A stretch of 64,000 bases of DNA from an uncultured Acidimicrobiales bacterium. Its GTDB lineage: Bacteria > Actinomycetota > Acidimicrobiia > Acidimicrobiales > SHLQ01. Positions 26,922 to 36,133 of the stretch are shown in pieces (positions within the stretch are counted from its first letter, which is position 1; each line of letters starts with the position of its first letter). The stretch is taken from contig CAZLWE010000006.1 in assembly GCA_964562985.1 (NCBI GenBank), positions 20,991 through 84,990 on the forward strand, given 5' to 3'. A model generated the notes under the pieces. That model made no database searches, had not been told where the DNA came from, and saw only the letters and a program-made list of their open reading frames with translations. The translations under genes were made by a program, and so were the position numbers.

Positions 26922-27094
26922 TGGCCAAAGCTAGTCGGACTACTACACGCGACGTGAAGAACTTCTACGGATCCACCGATACTTCGGGCAGCGACGGGCG
27001 CGGGACGCCCTGGCGGCGGTGTACGGAAATTTGTGGGAACTCGTTCTCGACTTCATCCGTACAACCAACAGGTGGCGCCCCGAGGAGGCCGAAA

Positions 27095-27448
27095 ATGGCA
27101 GACGCCGAAGCAACACAAGTAGATCCGAACGAGAAGCAGGCGCATCCCAATAGCGGCAGTTGGCTCGAGGTCGCAATGACGGCATTGGCGACGATTGGTT
27201 TGCTCACCATCGTGATCGGCGGAGCTGTGCTGATCAGTGCCGGGCTCGCCGACGACGATGACGAACCACGAATCATTCGCGTGGTGGAACGTCCGCAGGA
27301 TGAACCGGAACAGATTTGCTACGAGGAAGTGGTGCCACGAGGTGGAGGCGGCCTGTTCGGGAACATCGATGACGATGACTTTGACGCGGAATCACAATTT
27401 GCCGACTCACGCGACATTCGCGTCGTGATCGTCTGCGAAGACTGGTAA
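27095..27448 (+). CDS. Hypothetical small membrane protein with an acidic C-terminal region
   Basis: ATG 27095 is preceded by GAGGAGG. There is one TM helix (MTALATIGLLTIVIGGAVLISAG) followed by D/E-rich sequence. The longer track ORF from 26921 would overlap the SDR start. Confidence 0.4.
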   Translation: MADAEATQVDPNEKQAHPNSGSWLEVAMTALATIGLLTIVIGGAVLISAGLADDDDEPRIIRVVERPQDEPEQICYEEVVPRGGGGLFGNIDDDDFDAESQFADSRDIRVVIVCEDW

Positions 27449-27464
27449 TCGCGAGCGAAGAGGA

Positions 27465-28178
27465 TTACTCCTCGATGCTTAAGGCCAGCGCGATGCATGG
27501 CCAGATCAGTTCCATCATGTAGCCATACCCCGTCGAATTAGGGTGCCAGTTATCGACCGCTAGGCCATCCCGGGATGGCCAATCCCACGGCCAGAACAGG
27601 TGGAAGTCTTTTTCTACAGCGGCGCTTTCGATCCGCTCGTTGAAGCGTCGTGCCATTCTCGCGTTGACCGGGTTCGAAACACTCACTCGTGCGACGACTG
27701 AACGGCTTTCGGGGAGACTGTCGAGGATTCGATCGAGGTGACCAACGGACTGCGGCCAACTATTCGGAGCCAGCAGGTTGTTCGCACCGGCGATCAGCGA
27801 CATGAGCTCAGGCTGTTGCCCGGCTTGGCGTAGCCTCCGGACACGCGGGAGTTGCGCGTTGGTGATGTCGTTGTACTGCGCCCCCGTAACAGCGAGGTTG
27901 ATAACGCGCCACGGGTCGCGAGTGCGGTTTCGAAGTCGCTCGACCATTCGCGGGACCCAGCTATCCATCGGGTCGAGAGCACCGACCCCCTGCGAACTCG
28001 AATCTCCGAGCGCGATCCACAACGGTCCCTCTGAATTTGCGGCCTCGATGTTCCATTCATCCCAAAAGCGGGCATGTGGTTCGCGATGAGCTTCGATGCC
28101 CGCAACATCGTCGGAGAAGCGAGAGAGAATTGACGAGAGGAACCCCTGTCGTCGTCGTGGCATGGGAGCGAAATCCAT
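27465..28178 (-). CDS. SGNH/GDSL-family hydrolase
   Basis: 237 aa with block I LWIALGDSSSQG, block III GANN, and a C-terminal D..HPN. Confidence 0.65.
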   Translation of the reverse strand: MDFAPMPRRRQGFLSSILSRFSDDVAGIEAHREPHARFWDEWNIEAANSEGPLWIALGDSSSQGVGALDPMDSWVPRMVERLRNRTRDPWRVINLAVTGAQYNDITNAQLPRVRRLRQAGQQPELMSLIAGANNLLAPNSWPQSVGHLDRILDSLPESRSVVARVSVSNPVNARMARRFNERIESAAVEKDFHLFWPWDWPSRDGLAVDNWHPNSTGYGYMMELIWPCIALALSIEE

Positions 28179-28378
28179 TCACTGCATCTTGGCCCGAGTA
28201 GCCGATCGACTGGCGTATTCGATGAGGAATTGCTCCTGAAGGGGAGAGAAATTTGAGCCTTCCGGCCCGGCTCGGTCCGACCGGTTGTGCCGATGAGAGT
28301 AGAAGATGTTTCTTGTCAACCAGCGATCGACAGCGTCTAGTGTGCGAGCTCACACTCCCGGAGATAGGACGCGCCATC

Positions 28379-29128
28379 ATGCGTGACCTCTCGATCGTCG
28401 TCCCGGCCTACAACGAAGCTGAGCGGATCGGTGAAACGCTCGAAGCGATCGCCGCGTTTCTCAACGGGCGAGATCAAAATGATGAGGTCATCGTCGTGGA
28501 CGATGGTTCCGAGGACCAGACCGCAGAGGTAGTTGACGGCTATCAACACCTGTTCCGCAACTTGCGCGTCGTTCGATCGCCTCGCAACGTTGGCAAGGGG
28601 CATGCGGTGCGTCAAGGAATGCTCGTGGCGACAGGTCGCTACCGGCTCTTCACCGATGCGGACAATTCGACCGACATCGGTGAGTTCGACCGCCTCATGG
28701 CCGCAGCTGACCAGGAACCGATCATGCCCGCGGTGATCATCGGTTCTGTCGCGCTGCACGAGTCAAACGTCACCGTCCGCCAGCCCGGGATTCGTTCGCA
28801 GCTGGGTGTCTTGGCGAACCGGATCATCCAGTGGCTGATCCTCCCGGGTATCCAAGACACTCAACGAGGGTTCAAAATATTTACTGGAGAAGCGAGTGAC
28901 GCGGTCTTTCGTCGCTGCACCAGTGACGGATGGGCCTTTGACGTCGAGGCACTCGCGATCGCGCAGGCGCTGGGCTACCACATTCTTGAGGTTCCCATCA
29001 CGTGGGAGCACCGGGAAGACTCGCGAGTGCAACCGAGCGCCTACGTGAGTTCGATGATCGATGTGTTCAGGATCAAGCGGCGTATCGACCGCGATGAGGA
29101 GATGGCGCTACCCTCCGAGCATGGCTGA
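28379..29128 (+). CDS. Family 2 glycosyltransferase (dolichyl/polyprenyl-phosphate hexosyltransferase-like)
   Basis: The start is moved to ATG 28379 (MRDLSIVVPAYNEAERI). Other motifs are VIVVDDGSEDQT, FTDADNS and QRGFK. Confidence 0.8.
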   Translation: MRDLSIVVPAYNEAERIGETLEAIAAFLNGRDQNDEVIVVDDGSEDQTAEVVDGYQHLFRNLRVVRSPRNVGKGHAVRQGMLVATGRYRLFTDADNSTDIGEFDRLMAAADQEPIMPAVIIGSVALHESNVTVRQPGIRSQLGVLANRIIQWLILPGIQDTQRGFKIFTGEASDAVFRRCTSDGWAFDVEALAIAQALGYHILEVPITWEHREDSRVQPSAYVSSMIDVFRIKRRIDRDEEMALPSEHG

Positions 29129-30332
29129 GGGACCGCGCGTTTCACTTTCCGATATCACCGCGGCAGCCGGTCGCCTCGAAGGCTTCATCACCCGAACTCC
29201 GCTGAACAAATCGTTGACGTTGTCGGAGATCTGTGGGGCAGAAGTCTTTCTGAAGTTCGAGAATCTGCAGTACACAGGCTCCTTCAAAGGTCGTGGTGCC
29301 CGAAACCGACTCCTCGAGGTGTCCGGTGGTCGGGGAGTCATTGCGATGTCGGCCGGGAATCACGCACAAGGGGTTGCCCACCACGGAGCCTTGCTCGGTA
29401 TCGAGACGACCATCGTGATGCCCGAGAACACACCGTTCGTCAAAGTGGCCCGTACTCGAGACCTCGGAGCAACAGTGGAGCTCGCTGGTGCTGACGTGAT
29501 CGAGTCGGCAAAGCGCGCTCGGGAGCTTGCGGCGGAGCGCGGTCTGGAGTTCATTCACCCATTCGACGATGCTGCAGTGATCGCGGGCCAGGGGACTATC
29601 GCTTTGGAAATGCTCGATCAACAACCGGATCTCGACATCATCCTCGCCGCTGTGGGCGGGGGAGGCCTTGCATCTGGTTTGGCGATCGCCGCTGCATCAC
29701 ACGATCAGACGGTCGAGGTCATCGGGGTGCAGTCCGAGCGATTCCCGTCCATGGCTGACCATCTTGAGTCCCGTCCGTCCACGGCGCTAGACGGATCGAC
29801 TATCGCCGATGGCATCGCCGTCTCCGAACCTGGCGAACTCACCTCGGCGATACTCGGCGAGCACGACGTAGAAATCCTTGTGGTCACCGAGGCCGCGATC
29901 GAGCAGGCGATCGCTATGTTGCTCGAAATCGAAAAGACCGTGGTCGAGGGTGCTGGTGCTACCGGCCTCGCAGCGATGATGGAGTACCCCGACGTCTTCG
30001 CTGGCAAGCGGGTGGGCATCGTACTGTGCGGCGGAAACATTGATCCTCGGACGCTGGCGCAGGTGAGTCTGCGGGGTCTCGCGATTCAGGGACGGCTCAA
30101 CCGGATACGGGTTGAGCTCGATGACACGCCCGGTCGGCTCTCGCTGGTGTCCGAGCTGATCGCGGCGAGTAAGGCCAACGTGGTCCAGGTCGATCACGAC
30201 GGCTTGGGTTCGACCGGAGCGCGCAGCACCATCCTCGAACTGCGCATCGACACCATCGATTCCGAACACGGACAAGTTGTTCTACAACGTCTCCTCGACA
30301 ACGGCCTCCGCGCCGAGTTGCTGCCCTGGTAG
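29121..30332 (+). CDS. ilvA: Threonine ammonia-lyase (threonine dehydratase) with a C-terminal ACT-like domain
   Basis: The start is moved to ATG 29121 and overlaps the GT2 stop by 8 nt. The PLP lysine block is FENLQYTGSFKGRGA. GGGGL and a regulatory tail are also present. Confidence 0.85.
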   Translation: MAEGPRVSLSDITAAAGRLEGFITRTPLNKSLTLSEICGAEVFLKFENLQYTGSFKGRGARNRLLEVSGGRGVIAMSAGNHAQGVAHHGALLGIETTIVMPENTPFVKVARTRDLGATVELAGADVIESAKRARELAAERGLEFIHPFDDAAVIAGQGTIALEMLDQQPDLDIILAAVGGGGLASGLAIAAASHDQTVEVIGVQSERFPSMADHLESRPSTALDGSTIADGIAVSEPGELTSAILGEHDVEILVVTEAAIEQAIAMLLEIEKTVVEGAGATGLAAMMEYPDVFAGKRVGIVLCGGNIDPRTLAQVSLRGLAIQGRLNRIRVELDDTPGRLSLVSELIAASKANVVQVDHDGLGSTGARSTILELRIDTIDSEHGQVVLQRLLDNGLRAELLPW

Positions 30333-30342
30333 GTGCCCCGTG

Positions 30343-30879
30343 TTAAGGCAGGCGGCCGACGTGGGCTAGTGCGAGGCGGACGAGTTTTTCGTGGCCGGCG
30401 CTTAGTTCGGCGGCGACGGTTGGTGATGTCACTTCGTCCGGTCGTAGCCAGACCAAGTCGAGTGAGTCTTGCGAAGGTTCGCAATCGCCGCTGACCGGGA
30501 CAACGTAGGCGAGCGATACCGCGTGTTGTCGCGGATCATGGAAGCCGGTGATGTCGGGATTGGGGAAGTACTCGGCGATCGTGAAGGGCTGCGGGGAGGG
30601 TGGAACTCTCGGTAGCGCGAGTGGTCCGAGGTCCTTTTCGAGATGGCGGAGCAGCGCGTCGCGGACTCGCTCGCCGTAAAGGATTCGGCCCGCGACGATC
30701 TCGCGATTGACCTCGCCATCGGCGCCAAGACGCAAGAGCAAGCCAACGTGGGTAACGATGCCGAGGTCGTCGGTGAGGACCGGAATCGCGTTGATATAGA
30801 TCACCGGCATTTTGCCGCGCAAGGTTGACAGATCGTCGTCAGACAACCAGTTCCCTTGTGTTTCGGTGATGTCACTCAT
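30343..30879 (-). CDS. NUDIX-fold-like protein with a degenerate Nudix box (possibly DUF4916 family)
   Basis: The start is moved to ATG 30879 (GGGAGA upstream). GRILYGERVRDALLRHLEKDLG fits GX5EX7R-U--..G but lacks the REUXEE glutamates. Confidence 0.45.
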   Translation of the reverse strand: MSDITETQGNWLSDDDLSTLRGKMPVIYINAIPVLTDDLGIVTHVGLLLRLGADGEVNREIVAGRILYGERVRDALLRHLEKDLGPLALPRVPPSPQPFTIAEYFPNPDITGFHDPRQHAVSLAYVVPVSGDCEPSQDSLDLVWLRPDEVTSPTVAAELSAGHEKLVRLALAHVGRLP

Positions 30880-30970
30880 GGGCTCTCCCGACGGTGAGAT
30901 CGAATGATCTCTACGACAAGAATGTAGACCTCGCAACGGGGAGCGATGCGACTTTCGCCCGGTGAGCGTG

Positions 30971-31447
30971 TTAGCGCGACTTCTCGAAGAGGACTTTTCG
31001 AATGATGTCGCTTGCGGTGAACCTGCCGATCGGACCCGTCGAGTAGAGCGACTGGACGATCTCACCATCGGGGTTAAGTAGCCAACCGGTGCCGTGGAGG
31101 AACTCCCTGTCACCAGCCTGGTAGGGAGCGCCGGTGTCTGCCGAGACTGTCGGAGCGTCGAGCTCTCCCCACATGGGGAACCCGACGTGCAGCCCCTCCC
31201 GGAGTTTGGCGACCGATTCGACGGAGTCGACGGAGCCTCCTGCGACTTTGATCCCGATGTCCATCAGTGGCAAAGCGTGCGTTGCGAAGTCAACCAACTG
31301 TTGACGACAGTATGGTCACCAATCGCCTCGGTAGAGCAGGACCGCTGCCCAATGTCCGGCGACGGAGGCGACCATGTCGTCCGCTTCGCCATCATGACGT
31401 ACGCCAACGATTGACGGCAGTTTCGAACCGTTCTCCAAAATGTGCAT
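30971..31447 (-). CDS. Peroxiredoxin-like / redoxin (AhpC-TSA family) protein with an in-frame UGA (candidate selenocysteine) at the first position of CxxC
   Basis: Track ORFs 31316..31534 and 30971..31297 share one frame. Read-through gives MHILENGSKLPSIVGV..DG...WAAVLLYRGDW-[TGA 31318-31316]-PYCRQQLVDF...GWLLNPDGEIV. ATG 31447 is the preferred start. Confidence 0.6.
31289..31305 (-). promoter_or_regulatory. SECIS-like hairpin 10 nt downstream of the in-frame UGA
   Basis: On the mRNA: GUCAAC-AGUUG-GUUGAC, a perfect 6-bp stem with G and U in the 5-nt loop. Confidence 0.35.
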
Positions 31448-31545
31448 GGAGCGAAGGTAGCAAGCAGTCCCGAAGTACGCCACGTGGCAACGGCAGTTGG
31501 AGAAGTCGCCGATCACTCGGCCGCGCTCAGCCATACACTTGCGCC

Positions 31546-33024
31546 ATGGATCACGACCCTTCGGTGAGCATTGATGTTGAGGAAACGGTCGACGGCGATT
31601 CTGCCGGTGGATCTTCTCGACTAGCGGTCATCGGAGGAGTGGCGGTGTTGATCATCGCCGTCGTGGTTGCGTTCTTCGCTCTCCGGCCAAGCGATGGAGA
31701 AACCGCTGCGGGGACAGCCCGCGAAGAGGGCGAAGAAACCGCTGACGTGACGGACTCCGATCCGGCTGCAGACGAGACCGCGACCACCGCGCCAGCGGGT
31801 CCTCCGCAGTTTGAGTCTCTTCCCATTGTCGAAGCGGTCCGAGCCGGTTCGGGCTTCTTGGGACTCATCACTTCATCGGGCAATCCGGTGCTCTTCGTTA
31901 CTGAAGATGGCGTTTCCTGGAGCGAGCTCGAGACCTCGGTCGTCGATCCACAGGGGATCGGAAGTTGGTCAAACCTGATCGCCTTCGACGGGGGGTTTGC
32001 GATGCTGCGCACCAGCGGCGATCTCTCCACATCAGCGGGACTCACCGAGAGGTTCATCTCGGTCGACGGCGTCGAATGGGAGCTCGATTCGAACTTCCAA
32101 CCCCTAGACAATCCCGGCGACTCCTTCTTCCCGGAGTTCCATTTGCCCGATGTGTTCGGGTTCGTTGCGTTCTCCACCGAGATACCGGCTGCCCCCCTCG
32201 GCCCACTCTTCGAGCAGGTGCTCGCCGAGGGTGCCCCGATCGACCCGTCGACGATCTGCTTCTTCGAAGAGTTCAATGCCGACCAATTTGAGGTCTTCCC
32301 CTGCGATACCGACGGCGAGACGTCAACCGGAGTCGCGACGGTGATCGCCACCGAGGACTTGGTTGACCCGGAGTCATTCGGTGCTGTCCAACAATGTGCA
32401 GCGTTCATCCGATCGCTGGGATCGACTCGAAGTGCGGCGATGGTCCTCCAGCGCTCGGGTGAGAGCGAAACGGTCGAAATCGACGGGTCATTCTCGACGT
32501 TCCAGAAATCGCTGCCGTCGGGCGTCATCGCCTCGGTCTTCGTCGGCGACCGCCTGTTTGCCGGATCGGCGGCCTGCGATGACTTCGCGGGTTCGGTCCC
32601 CGAGTTCCAGGCTGCAGAGATCGAACTCGTCGACCTCGACGGTACGGTTCGCCGCATCCCACTGCCGCCAGAGGTGCCACAGCCTCCAGCAACTCCTGCG
32701 GCTCCGTTCGCAACCGACACTGAACTCTTCGTCGTGCTCGAACAGTCGATCTGGCGACTCGACCTCGCAACCGAAGAGTGGACGATGGTCGTCGAACTGC
32801 CACCCGAGGCACTACGGCCCGGACGGTTCGGGTTTGCCGACGGCACTCGAGCGGTCAGCTTGGGCAGTGACGTCTTGTTCAGTGTCGACCTGGGGAGTGG
32901 GGAAGTCACGGAGACCCCAATCGAGATCGGCCGGTTCCCACAGATCCTCGAAGTCGACAGCGAGTTCATACTTGCACGGGACGAGGTCGAGGACGGCAGG
33001 CTCGACGTCGTTCCGCTTCGGTAG
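31546..33024 (+). CDS. Paralogue 1 of a four-gene family: N-terminally anchored protein with a PS(D/E)GETAAGT juxtamembrane motif and an Asp-box-like ectodomain
   Basis: The start is moved to ATG 31546 (MDHDPSVSIDVEE). The TM helix is LAVIGGVAVLIIAVVVAFFA, followed by LRPSDGETAAGT. Other motifs are TEDGVSWSEL, SVDGVEWELD and, near the C-terminus, SIWRLDLATEEWT. Confidence 0.7.
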   Translation: MDHDPSVSIDVEETVDGDSAGGSSRLAVIGGVAVLIIAVVVAFFALRPSDGETAAGTAREEGEETADVTDSDPAADETATTAPAGPPQFESLPIVEAVRAGSGFLGLITSSGNPVLFVTEDGVSWSELETSVVDPQGIGSWSNLIAFDGGFAMLRTSGDLSTSAGLTERFISVDGVEWELDSNFQPLDNPGDSFFPEFHLPDVFGFVAFSTEIPAAPLGPLFEQVLAEGAPIDPSTICFFEEFNADQFEVFPCDTDGETSTGVATVIATEDLVDPESFGAVQQCAAFIRSLGSTRSAAMVLQRSGESETVEIDGSFSTFQKSLPSGVIASVFVGDRLFAGSAACDDFAGSVPEFQAAEIELVDLDGTVRRIPLPPEVPQPPATPAAPFATDTELFVVLEQSIWRLDLATEEWTMVVELPPEALRPGRFGFADGTRAVSLGSDVLFSVDLGSGEVTETPIEIGRFPQILEVDSEFILARDEVEDGRLDVVPLR

Positions 33025-33072
33025 CCGCAGCGCCGCCATCGACGAATCCACGAGCGCCCCTACTATGGCGCC

Positions 33073-34620
33073 ATGGAGAAGGTGAGCGCGGTTCGAGTGG
33101 AGGTCGACGGCCATGTCGACGCACCGACACTCGCCGAACCCGTAGCGCCGCAGCCGTCCGGGTCTCGTCGCTGGATGTTCGTCCTCGGTGGCATCGCCAT
33201 CGTTGTGCTCGTCGTTGCGTTGGTTGCGTTGCAACCAACCGAGGGAGAGACGGCCGCGGGGACCGAACGCGGCACGACAACAACCGTTGCCCCTACGACC
33301 ACCACCGCAACCACGGTCACCACTCCGATCGTTCCAACGGTTCGCCGAGCAGTCGACCGGTCGGCGTCGAACGTCGGCGTTTTCTCCATGGTCCGCGACG
33401 ACAGCGGATTCTTCGCGCTCGGGCTGTCGGAAGGATTGACGCTCTTCCGGTCCTTGCGCGGTCTTGAGTGGCAGGAGGTCGCGATCGAAGTTTCCGAAGC
33501 GGCGGGTCCCGAGGAGGGTACGTGGACGGATTACCTACAGCTGATCGCGGTCGAGGATGGATTCGCCGTTCTGCGCGTTCGAGAGGACTTCACCCAGATC
33601 CCTCGGACGGTGGAGGTCGACCGGTTGTTTTCGGCCGATGGAGTGGTCTGGGACGTTGACACCTCGTTCGAGTCGATAGCCGCAGAACGAGGCGACGGCT
33701 GGGGGTTTGTGCACTTCGCCGATGCAGTCGGAGTCACCCAGGTCGACCGCGCCGTAGATCTTGAGGCGCTGCTCACGGGTGTGTTTACCGAGAGCGCTGG
33801 TGTTGATCCGGCAAACGTTTGCTGGATAGAACCTGTTGGGCTCAACCAGATCCGGACACTCCCGTGCGAGGACGCGACTGTCAGCTTCGGCACGGACATC
33901 ACCGCAACGGACCTTCGAGAACCGGAACGCTTCGACGCTCTCATCGAGTGCGCTGTAGCCATAAATATCGCGGACCCGCTCGTCAGCTCAACGGTGATTC
34001 GAGGTCGCGCCGGCACGCGTGTGCTCATGTCTGAGGATGGCCCTTTCGACCACATCGAGATAGGCGATGGCGCGATCGCGGCGCTTTCGTTGGGGAACAT
34101 CTACACAACAGACCAAGTCGACAGCACCGCGTGTGATTCCTTCGACGGCGGCTTTCCGGATTTGGTGACTCCAGCGGTTGAGCTCACGCTCGCCAATGGT
34201 GAGCAACGACGAGTGCCGCTACCCGATGACGCGTTGCCACAAGACAGAGATGCCGACCCCGAGTTGGATCGATGGGCTTCACCACGACTTCATGGCTCGG
34301 GTGACCGGCTCTTTCTCCTCGCTGGCACAGGAGTATGGAGCCTCGATCAGGCAACCGATTCCTGGATCGAGCTGGTAGATCTCCCCGTACCGCTCACCGG
34401 GTTTGTCGATTATGAGTTCTCCAGTGCCGAACAAGTCGTCGGGTTGAGCAATGACAGCATCGTCGTGGCTGACCTGGTCGAAGGAACCGTCGACAGGTTT
34501 GAGCATGGTGAAGACCTTGATGGTTGGGCGCGCTTGGTTTACGCCGACGATGACCTCTTCTTGATGGAGGTTGAGGACGGCGCGACAACCACCGTCGTGG
34601 CTGTCGATCTGCCGCAATAG
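33073..34620 (+). CDS. Paralogue 2 of the family
   Basis: MEKVSAVRVEV; SRRWMFVLGGIAIVVLVVALVA; LQPTEGETAAGT; a T-rich linker; LRGLEWQEV; SADGVVWDVD; GVWSLDQATDSWI. Confidence 0.7.
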   Translation: MEKVSAVRVEVDGHVDAPTLAEPVAPQPSGSRRWMFVLGGIAIVVLVVALVALQPTEGETAAGTERGTTTTVAPTTTTATTVTTPIVPTVRRAVDRSASNVGVFSMVRDDSGFFALGLSEGLTLFRSLRGLEWQEVAIEVSEAAGPEEGTWTDYLQLIAVEDGFAVLRVREDFTQIPRTVEVDRLFSADGVVWDVDTSFESIAAERGDGWGFVHFADAVGVTQVDRAVDLEALLTGVFTESAGVDPANVCWIEPVGLNQIRTLPCEDATVSFGTDITATDLREPERFDALIECAVAINIADPLVSSTVIRGRAGTRVLMSEDGPFDHIEIGDGAIAALSLGNIYTTDQVDSTACDSFDGGFPDLVTPAVELTLANGEQRRVPLPDDALPQDRDADPELDRWASPRLHGSGDRLFLLAGTGVWSLDQATDSWIELVDLPVPLTGFVDYEFSSAEQVVGLSNDSIVVADLVEGTVDRFEHGEDLDGWARLVYADDDLFLMEVEDGATTTVVAVDLPQ

Positions 34621-34702
34621 GTCGATCCGTCACCTTGTGAGCTGGTGAACCTTTCGGGGCTGAACCCTGGTGGATAGATCACGAGCTCTAAAATCTCCGC
34701 CC

Positions 34703-36130
34703 ATGGCTCCCGGCAGCTCAGTTCGCGTGGAATTTGAGGATTCGACGCTCAACGCGGGCACGGAGCCGGAGGTTGGCGCCCCAAATCCGAGCCCACCCAA
34801 CCGGCGCCGGGCAGTCGCAGGAGCGGTCGTCGCTGCTCTAGTGCTCGTGGTCGGGCTTCTGTCTTTCCGCCCGTCCGAGGGGGAGACCGCAGCGGGAACC
34901 GAGCGGGCGGCGCCAACGACCACCATTGAGCCGTCGACAACGACTTCGGTAACCCCATCAACCACGACAACCACGCGGGTGGAGGCTGCGCCCGTGGCGC
35001 CGGTGAACGCGTTTTTCGAAAGTGATGTCGTTCGTGGCGAGGTTGGCTTCCTTGCCCTGCTCGACTCGACGAGCGACAACGATTTCGCACCATCGCTCTA
35101 CCACTCGAATGACGGGTTGGAGTGGGAGCTAGTCGATACCGAACTCGCTCCGTTCGTCGCGAAAGGCGATGACATCACGATCGAGTACTCCCACCTGATC
35201 GCGTCGGGGGAAGGGTTCGGGTTATTGCGAACCCGGACCGTGGTGGATCGGTTGAATCCGACGTTTCCTGCTGCGAGCGTGACGGAGCGTCTGGTGTCGA
35301 TCGACGGCCAACGTTGGGCATTAGACGAAGGCTTCACTTCTCTGTTGCACAACGAGCTTGCACGACCTGCGTTTCACGTAGCGGACTCCTTTGGCTTCAT
35401 CACCGACGAAGTGATCGCGCGGGCAAGTGCTGGCGACTGTGAGGGGCAAGCCGAAGAAGCCGCCGATCGCTTTGGCGAACGATCATTACTCATTCACCGG
35501 CTCGGGCAGAGCGAACCCGAAGAGATTCAAGTGTCGCTGTCGGCTGGGCACACCCGACTATCCAACGCCTCCGTTGCGTCCTTTGTGCCGAACGGTCTGG
35601 AATTCGAGGCTCCGTTCGTGTGCCAACGCTTTCCGGGGATCAATCCTGAATTCCCGGCTCCCACCGTGCAACTGATCGCCGCCGACAACGCTGTGCGCCA
35701 GATCGGGCTACCCGCAGAGGTAACGGAGGGCGGCTTGGCGAATTCACCGGATGTCTCGCTTGTAGAAACCGAAGCTGGCCTCGTTTTGGTGCTCGATCGA
35801 TCGATTTGGCTTCTCGATACGGAAAGCGAGGAGTGGACAAGGCTGCTCGAAATACCTGTCGGCCCACTGAACATCCTCGACTATCAGGTCACAGATTCCG
35901 GCGACGTTGTCGCGTTGCTTAGCGCCGATGCGGCGGTGATCATCGATCCCGCGACAGCAGAATCACGATCGGTCAACCTGGCAGGCACAACTGGTTTGCC
36001 GATAATCCTCTACGCCGACGATGAGTTGGTGGTGACGCCAGGAGCGCTTCGTGAGGACGTAACCCGGACGGTTCCGCTGACCAATCCGCAACCAATCCGA
36101 GGCACGTTCCCAGGCGAAGCGGCAGAGTAG
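34703..36130 (+). CDS. Paralogue 3 of the family
   Basis: ATG 34703 (MAPGSSVRVEF); NRRRAVAGAVVAALVLVVGLLS; FRPSEGETAAGT; a T/P/S linker; SNDGLEWELV; SIDGQRWALD; SIWLLDTESEEWT. Confidence 0.7.
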   Translation: MAPGSSVRVEFEDSTLNAGTEPEVGAPNPSPPNRRRAVAGAVVAALVLVVGLLSFRPSEGETAAGTERAAPTTTIEPSTTTSVTPSTTTTTRVEAAPVAPVNAFFESDVVRGEVGFLALLDSTSDNDFAPSLYHSNDGLEWELVDTELAPFVAKGDDITIEYSHLIASGEGFGLLRTRTVVDRLNPTFPAASVTERLVSIDGQRWALDEGFTSLLHNELARPAFHVADSFGFITDEVIARASAGDCEGQAEEAADRFGERSLLIHRLGQSEPEEIQVSLSAGHTRLSNASVASFVPNGLEFEAPFVCQRFPGINPEFPAPTVQLIAADNAVRQIGLPAEVTEGGLANSPDVSLVETEAGLVLVLDRSIWLLDTESEEWTRLLEIPVGPLNILDYQVTDSGDVVALLSADAAVIIDPATAESRSVNLAGTTGLPIILYADDELVVTPGALREDVTRTVPLTNPQPIRGTFPGEAAE

Positions 36131-36133
36131 TCC

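Noticed and set aside
31551-32969. 472-aa antisense ORF (and similar ORFs at 33531..34100, 34630..35079 and 36010..36486) opposite the four-paralogue array.
   Set aside because: These are low-complexity Ser/Pro/Ala/Thr-rich translations, typical of the reverse strand of high-GC genes. The plus-strand frames carry the conserved motifs shared by all four paralogues.
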